A program made the position numbers and the translations under genes. DNA of 64,000 nucleotides. It comes from Eubacteriales bacterium. GTDB taxonomy: Bacteria; Bacillota; Clostridia; Oscillospirales; RGIG577. The DNA is taken from the NCBI GenBank assembly GCA_050943735.1, contig JBMNPT010000008.1:15531-79530 (forward strand), given 5' to 3'. Positions 46,978-57,685 of this stretch are shown here, piece after piece. The notes below the pieces were generated by a model. That model did no database searches, was not told the origin of the DNA, and saw nothing but the letters and a program-made list of their open reading frames with translations. Within the stretch, counting starts at the first letter, position 1. Each line of letters begins with the position of its first letter.

Positions 46978-48000
46978 TCATCCTTTTTTTCTTGTTGGGA
47001 AATTTTCCCCCATCATCCACCCCAGGCCCAACGCCCGAAGTCCCTCTGTACACAGAGTAGAGAGCACAAATGCCACCACCGTCGCCCCGGCCGCCAGCAG
47101 CCAGGCATGGATATCCTTGGGCCCCAGCCAATAAAACACTCCATAGAGAATCATGGGATGGAACAGGTAGATGCCAAAACCATCCCGATCCAGCAGGTCG
47201 GCCACCGGATGATTCAGCCATTTGGTGCGGCAGAGCCTTTCCGCCAGCCCCAGGAAAAACAGCGCAGCCACCAGCGCTCGGACAATCTTCACCGTAAAGC
47301 CCTCCCAGGGATAGAGCGCCACCGTAGCGGCTCCCAGTATCAGCCAGAGAAGCCAGTGCCGGTGCAAAAATCCCATCACTTCTTCCCTGTGGCGGTGCAG
47401 CACCACACCCATATAGAAAAAGATGCCATAGTAACAGCTCTGCGCCACCTGGAAATAATTTTTCACATAGGGAGCCAGCCAGGCCAGCCAGACCAACGCT
47501 CCAAAGCCGACAACCGTCCATCCCCATCCCCGCAGGGGCAGCTTGTGAAGCAGAGCGGCCGCCACAAAAATAAGGAACAGAGCGGGCAAAAACCACAGAT
47601 GACGGGCATTGAGGGACAGCACAATGCCCTCCCAGCAATACACTCCAAAGCTCTGCTGGGTGAATCCCAGCAGCACCATCACCGGCGCCACATAGAGAAT
47701 TCCAAAGAGGAAATAGGGCACCAGCAGCCGCTTGATTTTCTGGGTAATGGTGGGCCACACCTGTTGGTACCGCCCCGGCTTTTCCAGGCACACGCCATAT
47801 ACCAGACCAGACGCCAACATATAGAGAGGCATGTGAAAGGAATAGATATACCAGGCGATTTCCCCCAGCAGATGAGAGCCGTTTCGGGGTGTGATCACCC
47901 CCGCACCGCCGTAGAAAATGGTGACATGGCCCAACACCACCAGTACCGTCACCATCATCTTCAGCACTGCATATGGATTCCATGCCCTTTGCCCGGCCAT
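46978..48000 (-). CDS. acyltransferase_3 family membrane protein
   Basis: VLVVLGH, IYSFHMPLY, KIKRLLVPY, HLWFL, FGIYLFH; start uncertain (48000-48015). Confidence 0.88.
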   Translation of the reverse strand: MAGQRAWNPYAVLKMMVTVLVVLGHVTIFYGGAGVITPRNGSHLLGEIAWYIYSFHMPLYMLASGLVYGVCLEKPGRYQQVWPTITQKIKRLLVPYFLFGILYVAPVMVLLGFTQQSFGVYCWEGIVLSLNARHLWFLPALFLIFVAAALLHKLPLRGWGWTVVGFGALVWLAWLAPYVKNYFQVAQSCYYGIFFYMGVVLHRHREEVMGFLHRHWLLWLILGAATVALYPWEGFTVKIVRALVAALFFLGLAERLCRTKWLNHPVADLLDRDGFGIYLFHPMILYGVFYWLGPKDIHAWLLAAGATVVAFVLSTLCTEGLRALGLGWMMGENFPTRKKG

Positions 48001-48122
48001 ACTCATTTCCCCCATTTCCCTTTTGTTACCATCACTATACCATAGTGCCCGACCCCTTGTACACCCCCAGGTGCGCAAAAAAGCGGCTCGTAAGAGCCGC
48101 TTTTAATGGAGCTATGCTATTT

Positions 48123-49148
48123 TCAGTTACTGGTCTGCAGCCATACCCCTTCATTGAAGGCATCCACCTTGAGCTCGGCTTTGCGCAGTTCCAGCGCGGC
48201 GCTCCGCACCGCTTGCTCATTGAGCTTCTGTTGTTCTACTGCTGCCGTATACGCCACGTCCGAAAGCATTCCCAGCTCATACTGCTTTTCCGTCACTGCA
48301 AAATCTGCCTGCTGCTTTTCATAGATCTGCTGCGCTACCAGGTAGGAATCATATTTATTCATCATATCCTGGCAGGCGCTCTCATAGCTGATGCGCAAGG
48401 TTTGGGTGGTATTTTCGATCTGCCGCCGCATCACCGTGTACTGATGATTGCCCAGCTGACTGGCCTGGTACCGCATCAGTGCCAGAGAATTGTTGGCTTC
48501 TACCGCCTTGCCCACATCCTGCTTGCTCTCCAGCCGCTCTTTCATACCAGCCAGATCCTCCTGGCTGAAATCCTCCAGCTCCAGAATGTTAAGCTCCTCC
48601 ACCGTCACACCCAATTGGGTGGCCAGTGTGCCCTTGAGTTGTGCCAGTGAACTCTCCAGCGCCAGTTTGCCGTTAAGCAGCTGATTGTAGCTGTTTTTCA
48701 GTTCCAGCAGTTCCAGCTCGCTTTTCATGCCCAACTGCACCATGGTTTCCATCAGTGCGATATTGTCTTCCAACAGAGCCTGATTCACTTCCATCTCCGC
48801 GTAGCTCATCTGCGCGGTGTAGTAGCTGGCCAGCAGATTGCCAATGGTATAGGGAGCCGTTTCATTGGCGTCCTCATTCTGCATATCCTGAATGCGTTTC
48901 TGGACCAGGGTACTGCTGGTGTAATAGGCCGAGGTATACCCGCCCATACCGTCGGGCACCATGGTTTCGCTCATATCCTCCCGGACCGCATCGTTCATGG
49001 AATTGTTGTAGGCAATGGTAAAAGCATGTTCTTTGCCCACTTCATAATAATTGTCCATGGACAGATCCAATGCGGAAACACTGGCGGTTCCGGCGGCCAA
49101 TGCCGCAACCAGGCCCAGTGCCAGCCAACGTTTACTGTGTTGTTTCAC
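48123..49148 (-). CDS. secreted TolC/OEP-like helical protein
   Basis: Signal peptide; two coiled-coil repeats each with ..LGM.S..(E/D) as in OEP helices; last gene of the RND operon. Confidence 0.65.
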   Translation of the reverse strand: MKQHSKRWLALGLVAALAAGTASVSALDLSMDNYYEVGKEHAFTIAYNNSMNDAVREDMSETMVPDGMGGYTSAYYTSSTLVQKRIQDMQNEDANETAPYTIGNLLASYYTAQMSYAEMEVNQALLEDNIALMETMVQLGMKSELELLELKNSYNQLLNGKLALESSLAQLKGTLATQLGVTVEELNILELEDFSQEDLAGMKERLESKQDVGKAVEANNSLALMRYQASQLGNHQYTVMRRQIENTTQTLRISYESACQDMMNKYDSYLVAQQIYEKQQADFAVTEKQYELGMLSDVAYTAAVEQQKLNEQAVRSAALELRKAELKVDAFNEGVWLQTSN

Positions 49149-52100
49149 TGGTCACAACCTCCTTTTTTCTATTTTTCCGATTGACCCAGCTCAGGCGTTT
49201 TTTCCACTTGGCGGGCAGTTTATTGAAATACACATACAACACCGGTACCACAAACAGGGTGAGGAAAGTGGAAGTGGTGAGGCCGCCGGCCACCACCAGG
49301 CCCATACCGCGCTGCATTTCGGCACCATCCGCCATGGAGAAAATCATGGGGAACATGCCCAGAATGGTGGTGAGGGCTGTCATAAGGATAGGCCGCAGAC
49401 GCTTGGGAGCCGCTTCCAGAATGGCGTCTTCCACCTGCATGTTGTATTCTTTGCGCTGGTGGTTGATGGAATCCACCAGAATGATGCCGTTGTTTACCAC
49501 GATACCCACCAGCATGAGGAAACCGATGAGGGAGGGCATACTGAGGGTCTGCCCGGTGATAAACAACAGGAAAAAGGAACCAATGGTGGACAGAGGCATG
49601 GTAAACATGATGATGAAAGGATAGAGCAGCGATTCAAACTGAGCGGCCATCACCATGTACACCAGTGCAATGGCCATGACCAGCACCAATCCCATACTGC
49701 CAAAAGCATCCATCATTTGTTCCACTGAACCGCCCTGAGAAACTGAGTAACCAGTGGGCAAGTTCATTGTCTCAATGATGTGATTCACATCCCGGCTGAC
49801 ACTACCGGTATCCCGTCCATAGATGGAGGCGCTCACTGTAGCGTATCGGCCCTGATCCATACGGCTGATGCTGGTGGGTGTATCTTCCAGAGAGATCTCC
49901 GCTACAGCAGACAGGGGCACATAGCCTCCCATGGGAGTGCGAATGGTGATATACTGCAAACTTTCCACATCGGTGATGTGATTGTTGGGATAGGTGAGCC
50001 GGATGTCTTCCTCATCGCCGTCCTTTTTCAGAGTGGTGGCCACTGTGCCGTCCACCGCAGTGCGGATGCCTGAGGCGATATTGGCTCCCACCAATCCATA
50101 TTGCCGGGCTTTATCCCGGTCGATGTGCACTGCCACCTCTTTGGAAGCATCCTCCAGAGAAGAAGTGACTTCGCGGGTGCCTTCCACCTTTTCGATCTGA
50201 TAAATCAGCTGGTCGCACACATCCCGCAGCACATCCAGATCTTCGCCTCGCACCTCCAGAGAGATGCCGGCGCTGCCCAGAGAGGAAGAACCTCCCATCA
50301 TGGAGTTCGCGGCGCTCACCGAAATTTCACATCCGGGAATCTGCCGGGTACCCTGCCGAATCGCGTCCGCCACATCATCCGTAGAGCGATCCCGCTGATT
50401 TTTGTCCACCAGAGAGACGGTGATAGAACCTCCACCGCTGCTGAGCATAGAACCACTGGAACTGCCCGACACCTGTGTGGAAACCTTCTCCACTTCGGGA
50501 ATGGTAGTGAGGAACTGCTCCACTTGAGCAGTCACCTCATTGGTGGTTTCCAAATTGGTTCCTTTAGGCATGTTTACACTGATGGAAATGGAACCTTCAT
50601 CCGCCGCGGGCATCAGTTCCATACCGATAAAGGGCAGCAGACACAAAGAGCCCACAAACAGCGCCAACGCTCCTGCCAGCACACTTTTGCGTTTGCGCAG
50701 TGCCACCGCCAAAGCCTTGGAGTAAATCACATTCAGGTACTTGATGGTCCGATCCACCCAACTGATAAATCGATTGATGAAATTCAGCTGTTTGGGGGCA
50801 TGATTGCGGTGGATGTTGTTGACCACATTGCCAGCCAGCATGGGTACCACCGTCATGGCCATCACCAGAGAGGCCAGCAGCGAGAAGATAACCGACATAG
50901 CCATATCCCGGAACATATCCATGATGAGGCCGGTGGCAAAGGCAAAGGGCACAAAGATTACCACGGTGGTCAAAGTAGAACCCACAATGGAATTGGTCAT
51001 CAGCCGAGTTCCTTCATAGGTTCCTTCCACCTTGCCCATACCGGCGTTGCGGTGGCTGTAGATGCTCTCAATGACCACCACCGAGTTATCCACCAGCATG
51101 CCCACACCCAGCGTCAGGCCGCCCAGGGAGAGGATGTTGAGGGTGGTGCCGGAAAAATACAGCAATACAAAGGTGGCGATGATGGACATGGGGATGGACA
51201 CGCCGATTACGGCGGTAAGCCCCACGTTTTTCAGGAAGATAAACAAAATAAAGATGGCCAAGCCACAGGCCAGGAAGATATTCTGCACCAATCCGCCGAT
51301 TACCAGCTCAATATATTCTGCCTGGTCGTTGACCATTTCACAGGTGAGTTCTTTGTAATCGCTGTTGATGCTCTCCAGTTCTTTTTTGATGTTGTTGACT
51401 GCTTCCACCGTATTGGCGTCACTGGCCTTGGTCACGCTGAGCATGATACACTCTTCGCCATTGACCCGGCTATAGCTGCTCACATCTTTTTGCCGTTCCT
51501 GAACGTTGGCGATGTCCTGCAGCTGAATCACTGTGCCGCTGGGCAGAGAAATGGGGGTTTCCTTTACATCCTCTAGGCTTTTCATCTGGAGCTTGGAACT
51601 GATGGTATAGGTCTTGTCGCCATAGTCCACACTGCCGCCGGGAATGTTGGTGTTTTCCGCAGCCAAGATTTGAGATACAGTAGACATTTCCAGCCCCAGG
51701 CCCTCCATGCGGTCCTGGTCCAGTTCCACCACAATTTCCTTTTCGCTGCCACCGTACAAATCCACAGAGGCCACGCCTTCCTGGCTCTCCAGACGGGATT
51801 CAATCTTGTCCTCCACCAGTGCTTTGAGTTCATTGGCGTCCAGATTTTCCGACTGAATGGTCATCATGGCGATGGGCATGGAGTTCATGTTCAGCTTCAT
51901 GATGGTGGGATTGTCAGCCCCTTCGGGCAAATACCCCTTGACCATATCCACGCCTTCTCGCAGCCAGTTGGTGGCATTGTCCATATTGGTATCATCCACA
52001 AACTGGATCATTACCATACTGGTGCCCTCAGAAGAGCTGGACATGATGGTATCCACATTTTCCACATTGGCCACTGCACCCTCGATGGTTTTGGTGACCA

Positions 52101-52287
52101 GATTTTCCACTTCTTCCGGACCGGCACCGGAATAGCTGGTATATACAATGGCCACGGGAATTTCCATTTTGGGCATCAGGTCCAGTTTCATCTGGCTGAG
52201 GGACACACCGCCCAGCATCAGTACGATGAACATGACCATCAGCACCGTGACCGGTCGTTTGATACATGTTTTAATAAGTTGATTCAT
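49132..52287 (-). CDS. RND efflux permease (AcrB/SwrC family)
   Basis: KRPV, GAGPEEVE, GMLVDNSVVVIE, MAAQFES, VNNGIILVD, RLRPILMT. Confidence 0.95.
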   Translation of the reverse strand: MNQLIKTCIKRPVTVLMVMFIVLMLGGVSLSQMKLDLMPKMEIPVAIVYTSYSGAGPEEVENLVTKTIEGAVANVENVDTIMSSSSEGTSMVMIQFVDDTNMDNATNWLREGVDMVKGYLPEGADNPTIMKLNMNSMPIAMMTIQSENLDANELKALVEDKIESRLESQEGVASVDLYGGSEKEIVVELDQDRMEGLGLEMSTVSQILAAENTNIPGGSVDYGDKTYTISSKLQMKSLEDVKETPISLPSGTVIQLQDIANVQERQKDVSSYSRVNGEECIMLSVTKASDANTVEAVNNIKKELESINSDYKELTCEMVNDQAEYIELVIGGLVQNIFLACGLAIFILFIFLKNVGLTAVIGVSIPMSIIATFVLLYFSGTTLNILSLGGLTLGVGMLVDNSVVVIESIYSHRNAGMGKVEGTYEGTRLMTNSIVGSTLTTVVIFVPFAFATGLIMDMFRDMAMSVIFSLLASLVMAMTVVPMLAGNVVNNIHRNHAPKQLNFINRFISWVDRTIKYLNVIYSKALAVALRKRKSVLAGALALFVGSLCLLPFIGMELMPAADEGSISISVNMPKGTNLETTNEVTAQVEQFLTTIPEVEKVSTQVSGSSSGSMLSSGGGSITVSLVDKNQRDRSTDDVADAIRQGTRQIPGCEISVSAANSMMGGSSSLGSAGISLEVRGEDLDVLRDVCDQLIYQIEKVEGTREVTSSLEDASKEVAVHIDRDKARQYGLVGANIASGIRTAVDGTVATTLKKDGDEEDIRLTYPNNHITDVESLQYITIRTPMGGYVPLSAVAEISLEDTPTSISRMDQGRYATVSASIYGRDTGSVSRDVNHIIETMNLPTGYSVSQGGSVEQMMDAFGSMGLVLVMAIALVYMVMAAQFESLLYPFIIMFTMPLSTIGSFFLLFITGQTLSMPSLIGFLMLVGIVVNNGIILVDSINHQRKEYNMQVEDAILEAAPKRLRPILMTALTTILGMFPMIFSMADGAEMQRGMGLVVAGGLTTSTFLTLFVVPVLYVYFNKLPAKWKKRLSWVNRKNRKKEVVTSETTQ

Positions 52288-52342
52288 AGCGTCGCTTCTC
52301 CTTTACTGCCACATGTCTGTTTCCGCATCTTCAGGAGTTGCG

Positions 52343-53626
52343 TTACTCTATGATTTCCAGCAGGGTACCATCGGCCAGATAATCCTGTCCCGATACCACC
52401 ACCCGGTCATTCTCCTCCAAACCGGAGAGAATTTCCACGCTTTCACTGTTTTCCATGCCAGTGGTTACAATCACCTTTTTGGCTCGGCCGTCTTCGCCAG
52501 CCACATAAACGTAGGTTTCGCCATTTTTCTCAATGACGGCATCCAACGGCAGAGAAATCACATCTGTCTTGGTTTCCAGCACCAGCCGCACTGTGGCAAA
52601 CATGCCGGGCTTGATGAGATGCTGGGCATTGTCAATGTAAATTTCCACCGGATAGAGCATGGTTTGGCTGTCCGCGGCGGGCGCCACAGTGGACACCGTC
52701 CCTTCAAACTGCTGTCCATCCAGGGCGTCAATGGTGATGTACACCTGACTGCCCACCTGAATTTTATTGATGACCGAATCAGCCACATTGATGGTGAGTT
52801 TGACACGGTCCATATCCACAATGGTCATGGCCACACTGCTCTGAGAGGCCATGGAGCCTTCGGTGACGGTACAGCTACCCACCACGCCGCTGATAGGAGC
52901 CTTCACCTGGGTATTGCTCACCTGATTGGCCGCGCTCTCATAGGCAGCCTGGGCCTGATTCACCCCGGCCTGGGCACTGCCCACACCCGCGGCAGCCGCC
53001 TTGGCGCTCTCGGCTGCAATTTTGTCCCGGGTGAGCTCATAGGTCTGCCGGCTGCTCTCCAACTGCTGCTGCAGCTGCTGCGCCTGGGTTTCCAGGGCTT
53101 CCACATCGGTTTTGGAAGCTCCACCCACTTCATACAGCTGACGGGTCCGCTCCAGATTGCGCATCAGCTCATCGTATTGGAGCTGGGTGCTCTCCATGGC
53201 GCTCTCCAGCTGAAGCAGCTGGCTTTGCAAAGTGCCGCCCACTGTGGACTCATACTGTGCCTGGGCGCTGCTGAGCCCTGCCTGAGCGGTGCCCACACCC
53301 GCTTGCGCCTGCTGCAATGCCAGCGCGTAATCGGTATCATCAATGACAAACAACACCTGTCCTTCCCGCACCGCATCGCCGGGCTGCACCTGGACTTTTT
53401 CCACTTGCCCGGCCACTTTGGGCAGTACCATTACCTCATTTTGAGCACTTACTTTGGATGAAACCTGTATGTAATCCTCCATTTCTCCCCGCTGCAATTG
53501 CTGCAGAGAAACGGCAATGCCAATTTCCTGGGTTTCTTCCTGGACTTCCCCGCCGCAGGCTGTGAGAGGCAGTATACACAACATACCTGCCATCACCGCC
53601 GCGGTCCACCGCGTTGCTTTGTTCAT
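52343..53626 (-). CDS. RND membrane-fusion adaptor lipoprotein
   Basis: Lipobox LTAC, lipoyl halves, long coiled coil, KAPISG, IKPGMF. Confidence 0.92.
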   Translation of the reverse strand: MNKATRWTAAVMAGMLCILPLTACGGEVQEETQEIGIAVSLQQLQRGEMEDYIQVSSKVSAQNEVMVLPKVAGQVEKVQVQPGDAVREGQVLFVIDDTDYALALQQAQAGVGTAQAGLSSAQAQYESTVGGTLQSQLLQLESAMESTQLQYDELMRNLERTRQLYEVGGASKTDVEALETQAQQLQQQLESSRQTYELTRDKIAAESAKAAAAGVGSAQAGVNQAQAAYESAANQVSNTQVKAPISGVVGSCTVTEGSMASQSSVAMTIVDMDRVKLTINVADSVINKIQVGSQVYITIDALDGQQFEGTVSTVAPAADSQTMLYPVEIYIDNAQHLIKPGMFATVRLVLETKTDVISLPLDAVIEKNGETYVYVAGEDGRAKKVIVTTGMENSESVEILSGLEENDRVVVSGQDYLADGTLLEIIE

Positions 53627-53652
53627 ATCGTTCCTCCAATTGTCTGTTTGCC

Positions 53653-54087
53653 TCATAATTTACTTAAAATCATATTCATCCGATCAATGGAATCTTCCAA
53701 CTCTCGCCGATCCTCTTCACTCAATACCGCCAAAGCCTTTTCCACCTGACGAGTCATAATCTCCTGCAGTTTATGGGCCACCTCCATTCCCTTGTCGCTC
53801 AATACAATGTTGATCCGCCGTCTGTCTTGGGGATCCTGTTCCCGACGAATTACCCCAAGTTCTTCCATTCGGTTAACAGTCTGTGTCGCCTGTTGTTTGC
53901 TCATATTGAGCCGCTGTGCCACACTGCTCATGGAAAGACTGCCTTGATTTACCAATGCCGCCAAAATGTGAATTTGAATCACATTGACTCTGTACTCTTT
54001 GGCGGGCCACTCCACTTTACTCACTTTCCAGAAAAAACGGGGCAGCTGGGCAAATATTTTTCCCAAAATGGCCTCCTGTTGTTTCAT
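53653..54087 (-). CDS. MarR-family regulator
   Basis: MS.VA..L.MSKQ..T..V..ME..G...R..DP.DRR. Confidence 0.9.
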   Translation of the reverse strand: MKQQEAILGKIFAQLPRFFWKVSKVEWPAKEYRVNVIQIHILAALVNQGSLSMSSVAQRLNMSKQQATQTVNRMEELGVIRREQDPQDRRRINIVLSDKGMEVAHKLQEIMTRQVEKALAVLSEEDRRELEDSIDRMNMILSKL

Positions 54088-54272
54088 TTTCCCCTCCCAA
54101 AATTAGTACACTTTTATGAACTATCGTTTTCATTTTATCATACAATTCCCCTCTGTCAACAATTCCCTCACACAATTTACATTTTATTCATTTGTCTGGA
54201 ATTCCGTGGAAAAGTAGTATATAATGAAGAAGATATGTCTTAGGCGCAACTCTGAGAAAGGAGCTTTCTCCC

Positions 54273-54977
54273 ATGTTCACCCTCAATTGCATCCGGCTGG
54301 CCATACGGACCGCTTTGTTGGGAGCGGTGGTGTATAGTTATCTGGGCTATAGCCCTTTGCTGGAGCATATGATCACCTTTCGACTGGAAACTTCGCCCTG
54401 GTGGATGCATCTGCTATGGCTGCTTCTCATGTTTGAAATGCTGACCCAACTGATTCCCAAGCTGGATGCGCAGCTGGGCTGCGGCAAACAATACCGGCGG
54501 CATTATCAGCCCCAACCCTATGACGAATACCGCCTGCTCAAATCCATGATGCTGGCCAATCGACGGGCAGCGGTGACCATGCTGCTGTGGATGCTGGCCA
54601 ATTCCTTTTTTGGCCTTTTGTATTTGCTGCATATCATTCAGTACCGGGAATTGCTGGTACTGTCCTTCTTTTTCTGCGTATGCGATCTGGTGTGTGTGCT
54701 TTTCTGGTGTCCATTCCAATACATCAATAAAAACCGGTGCTGTGTCACTTGCCGGATTTATAACTGGGGATTTTTTATGATGTATACTCCCATGTTATTC
54801 ATCCGCAGTTTTTTCAGCTGGAGCCTGTTTTTGATGGGATTGGTGGTACTGCTGTTTTGGGAATACATGATCAGCCGGTATCCAGAACGCTTCTGGGAAG
54901 GGTCCAACCAATCTCTCAGCTGTCAGCATTGCACCGACAAAATGTGCCGCATCAAACGGCCCTATATACAAAAATAA
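54273..54977 (+). CDS. conserved-looking hypothetical membrane protein, Cys-rich
   Basis: GAAAGGAG SD; about 5-6 TM; motifs CDLVC...WCPF, NRCCVTCRIYNW, LSCQHC.DKMC. Confidence 0.8.
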   Translation: MFTLNCIRLAIRTALLGAVVYSYLGYSPLLEHMITFRLETSPWWMHLLWLLLMFEMLTQLIPKLDAQLGCGKQYRRHYQPQPYDEYRLLKSMMLANRRAAVTMLLWMLANSFFGLLYLLHIIQYRELLVLSFFFCVCDLVCVLFWCPFQYINKNRCCVTCRIYNWGFFMMYTPMLFIRSFFSWSLFLMGLVVLLFWEYMISRYPERFWEGSNQSLSCQHCTDKMCRIKRPYIQK

Positions 54978-55003
54978 AGACGCGGGAATCACCCGCGTCT
55001 TTT

Positions 55004-55909
55004 TTATTGGCTGCTTTCCAGAACTTCTTGCCCGTTGTTTTCAGGTGGATTTTCCTGGTTTTCCTGAGGAAGATCTTCTGATGGCTCTTCACTGGGCTGC
55101 ACCACTGTCTGACTCTCTGTCAGCTGTTGCTGCAGCTCTTCCAGCAGTTCCTTCACCTCTTGCAGTTTTTCTTTCCACTGCTGTATCAATTCCTGCTGCA
55201 GAACTTCATTTTGCTTCTGCACAGAATCCTTTTCTTCCTGTTCCTGAGAGGTATCCTCTTCTTCTCCGTTGTACACTGCCGGAGTACCACTTTGCTGTGT
55301 GGGTTTGGGAGTTTCTTTGACAGGAGGCTTCTGCACCGTTGCAGGAGGGGGATTTTTCACCACAGGCGGATTCCCCTTCGTCTGTTCAGCGGGCTGCTGA
55401 GAAGATTCTGGGACTTCTGTTTCAGGCATATTGTTCACCGGAGGCTCCGCCTGAACCTGACCATCGGGCGAATCGCTCCCTTCCTGAACACCACGCTGCT
55501 GGGAAGAACCCACCGAGCTGTCAGGAGTGGTCTGCACAGTGGAGGGATTCTCCACCACAGGCTGACTCTCCTGAGGCAGCTTGCTGGCATAGACAAATAC
55601 CAGACACACCGCAGCCGCAGAAGCAGCCCAGGCCACCCACCGACGGCGATGCCGTCCAGCAGAAATGGGGGTGACTTCTGTCTGTTTCACCCGGCTCATC
55701 ACCTGGCGCACAAACTCTTCACTGTTTTCCAGGGGAGGCTGTTCCCACTGACCCAGGGCGTCCCGCACCTGTCGCATTTCTTCATAATAAGTTCTGCAGG
55801 CGGGGCACTGTTCCAAATGTTCCCGCAACAGATTTTGTTGCACAGGCGAGGCAAATCCATCCAACTCCATGTGGATGATTTCCCGCCATTTTGCACATGG
55901 GGTTTGCAT
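55004..55909 (-). CDS. zinc-binding anti-sigma factor
   Basis: HLEQCPAC (HxxxCxxC), one TM, low-complexity extracellular tail; follows the ECF sigma. Confidence 0.85.
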   Translation of the reverse strand: MQTPCAKWREIIHMELDGFASPVQQNLLREHLEQCPACRTYYEEMRQVRDALGQWEQPPLENSEEFVRQVMSRVKQTEVTPISAGRHRRRWVAWAASAAAVCLVFVYASKLPQESQPVVENPSTVQTTPDSSVGSSQQRGVQEGSDSPDGQVQAEPPVNNMPETEVPESSQQPAEQTKGNPPVVKNPPPATVQKPPVKETPKPTQQSGTPAVYNGEEEDTSQEQEEKDSVQKQNEVLQQELIQQWKEKLQEVKELLEELQQQLTESQTVVQPSEEPSEDLPQENQENPPENNGQEVLESSQ

Positions 55910-55970
55910 ACAGCTCCCCTCCTTTCTTGTGTTCTATGTTGTTAGACGAATCCGAATACGAAAAAGTTCC

Positions 55971-56540
55971 CTATGAATCAGAAAAATATCCGTTGGTTTC
56001 CAATCGCTCCCGCAAAGCCTCCCGGGCCCGATTGAGTCGGGATTTCATGGTGCCTTCGCTGCACCCCACAATCTGACTGATTTCGCTGTACGACATTCCC
56101 TGTACATCCCGCAGGATGAGTACAGTGCGATGTTTTTCATTCAGCTGGGCAATGCTCTCCCGTAAAATCCTGCGTTTTTCCTCCCGCTCGGCCTCCTGAT
56201 GGGGAATGCCTTCCCGGCTGGGCAGGTCCAATGCCTTTTGTCCCTCTTCCGCTTCCATACTGAGGGATCGGCTGCGCTCCCGGGTCTGCCTCCGCTGAAA
56301 ATCAATGCACACATTGACGGTGATGCGATACAGCCAAGTGCTGAGACTGCTCTCCTCCTTAAAGCGCCCTATGGAGTTCCACACTTTCAAAAACACCTCC
56401 TGGGCAGCGTCCCAGGCCAGCTGTTCCTCTCCCAGCATCCGCAGAGCGGTGCGGCGTACCTTTGGCTCAAATTCTCGAACCAGCTCTTCAAATGCCGCCG
56501 GATCTCCCCGTTTCAATTGTTCCACTCGCTGATCCTCCAA
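55971..56540 (-). CDS. ECF sigma factor (SigW-like)
   Basis: GD..AFEEL, DAAQEVF, STWLYRI..N, LRD.QG.SY.EI, GT.KSRL.RAR; TTG start after GGAGGT. Confidence 0.92.
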   Translation of the reverse strand: MEDQRVEQLKRGDPAAFEELVREFEPKVRRTALRMLGEEQLAWDAAQEVFLKVWNSIGRFKEESSLSTWLYRITVNVCIDFQRRQTRERSRSLSMEAEEGQKALDLPSREGIPHQEAEREEKRRILRESIAQLNEKHRTVLILRDVQGMSYSEISQIVGCSEGTMKSRLNRAREALRERLETNGYFSDS

Positions 56541-56570
56541 AGGTACCACCTCCCCTCGGTCGGAATACAA

Positions 56571-57539
56571 TCAGCCGTACAGTTCTTCTGCCTGCCGCAG
56601 CACCCGTTCCATATCTTCCAGCGAAACAATGGTGTTGGCCGCGGCTTTGATCACCCCGCTGTGAGGCAATCCCTTACAATACCAGGCGATGTGTTTTCGC
56701 GCCTCCAGCATGGCCACCCGTTCGCCCTTTTTCTCGGCCATCAGCCGCAGATGCTGCCGGGCCACCTGGATTTTCTCCAGAGGCGTGGGAGGCGGCAGCA
56801 ATTCTCCCCGTTCCAGATAGGCGGCGATCTGTCCAAAGAGGAACGGGTTTCCCAGAGCTGCCCGTCCCACCATGATAGCGTCACAGCCAGTCTGTTCCAG
56901 CAAAGCCTTGGCCTCCTGAGGCGTGGTGACATCACCGTTGCCGATCACCGGAATGGAAACGGCCTGTTTCACCCGGGCGATGATGTCCCAATCCGCCGAA
57001 GGAGCGTAAAACTGACTGCGAGTGCGTCCATGAACGCATACAGCACTGGCACCGGCCGCTTCGGCCATCTGGGCAAATTCCACCGCGTTGACCTGTTCAT
57101 GGGTAAATCCTTTCCGGAATTTCACCGTCACTGGCAGGGTGGAATGAGCCACCACCTGGCGTATAATGGCCTCCGCCTTTTCTGGCTGGGTCATCAGCCG
57201 GCACCCTTCACCGTTGTTGACAATTTTGGGAGCGGGACAGCCCATATTGATGTCAATGGCTCTGAAACAGCCCATCCCACACAGTTCTTCTGCGCCCCGG
57301 GCCATCACGTCCGGCTCACTGCCAAACATCTGCACCACCACATCCTGTTCTGCGGGGTCCAGCTCCAACAGCCTCCGAGTCTTTTTATCTCCAAAGCTCA
57401 GGGCCTTCATGCTCACCATTTCGGTATAGGTGAGCTTTGCCCCCTGCTGCTGACACACCACTCGAAACGCACTGTCCGTCACCCCTGCCATGGGAGCCAA
57501 TATGAGATTGTGTTTCCGGATAAATGCGCGATATTCCAT
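56571..57539 (-). CDS. dusB: tRNA dihydrouridine synthase
   Basis: LAPMAGVTD, TEMVS, DINMGCP, VHGRT, NGDV, MVGR.ALGNP. Confidence 0.93.
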   Translation of the reverse strand: MEYRAFIRKHNLILAPMAGVTDSAFRVVCQQQGAKLTYTEMVSMKALSFGDKKTRRLLELDPAEQDVVVQMFGSEPDVMARGAEELCGMGCFRAIDINMGCPAPKIVNNGEGCRLMTQPEKAEAIIRQVVAHSTLPVTVKFRKGFTHEQVNAVEFAQMAEAAGASAVCVHGRTRSQFYAPSADWDIIARVKQAVSIPVIGNGDVTTPQEAKALLEQTGCDAIMVGRAALGNPFLFGQIAAYLERGELLPPPTPLEKIQVARQHLRLMAEKKGERVAMLEARKHIAWYCKGLPHSGVIKAAANTIVSLEDMERVLRQAEELYG

Positions 57540-57685
57540 GAATTTCTCCTTTTTGCCATAGCCTTCGGAGGCCATTATACCACAAAACACACCGGGTGGC
57601 AAAGCAGAGCGATTGCTTTTCCGCCATTTTTCCGCTATAATGCAAATAACATCCTCAGAAAGGAGCCCCAGAGGGGAAATTGCGC

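Noticed and set aside
46901-47983. 360-aa alternative-frame ORF over the acyltransferase
   Set aside because: Same-strand off-frame ORF without motifs; the acyltransferase_3 frame has clear family motifs
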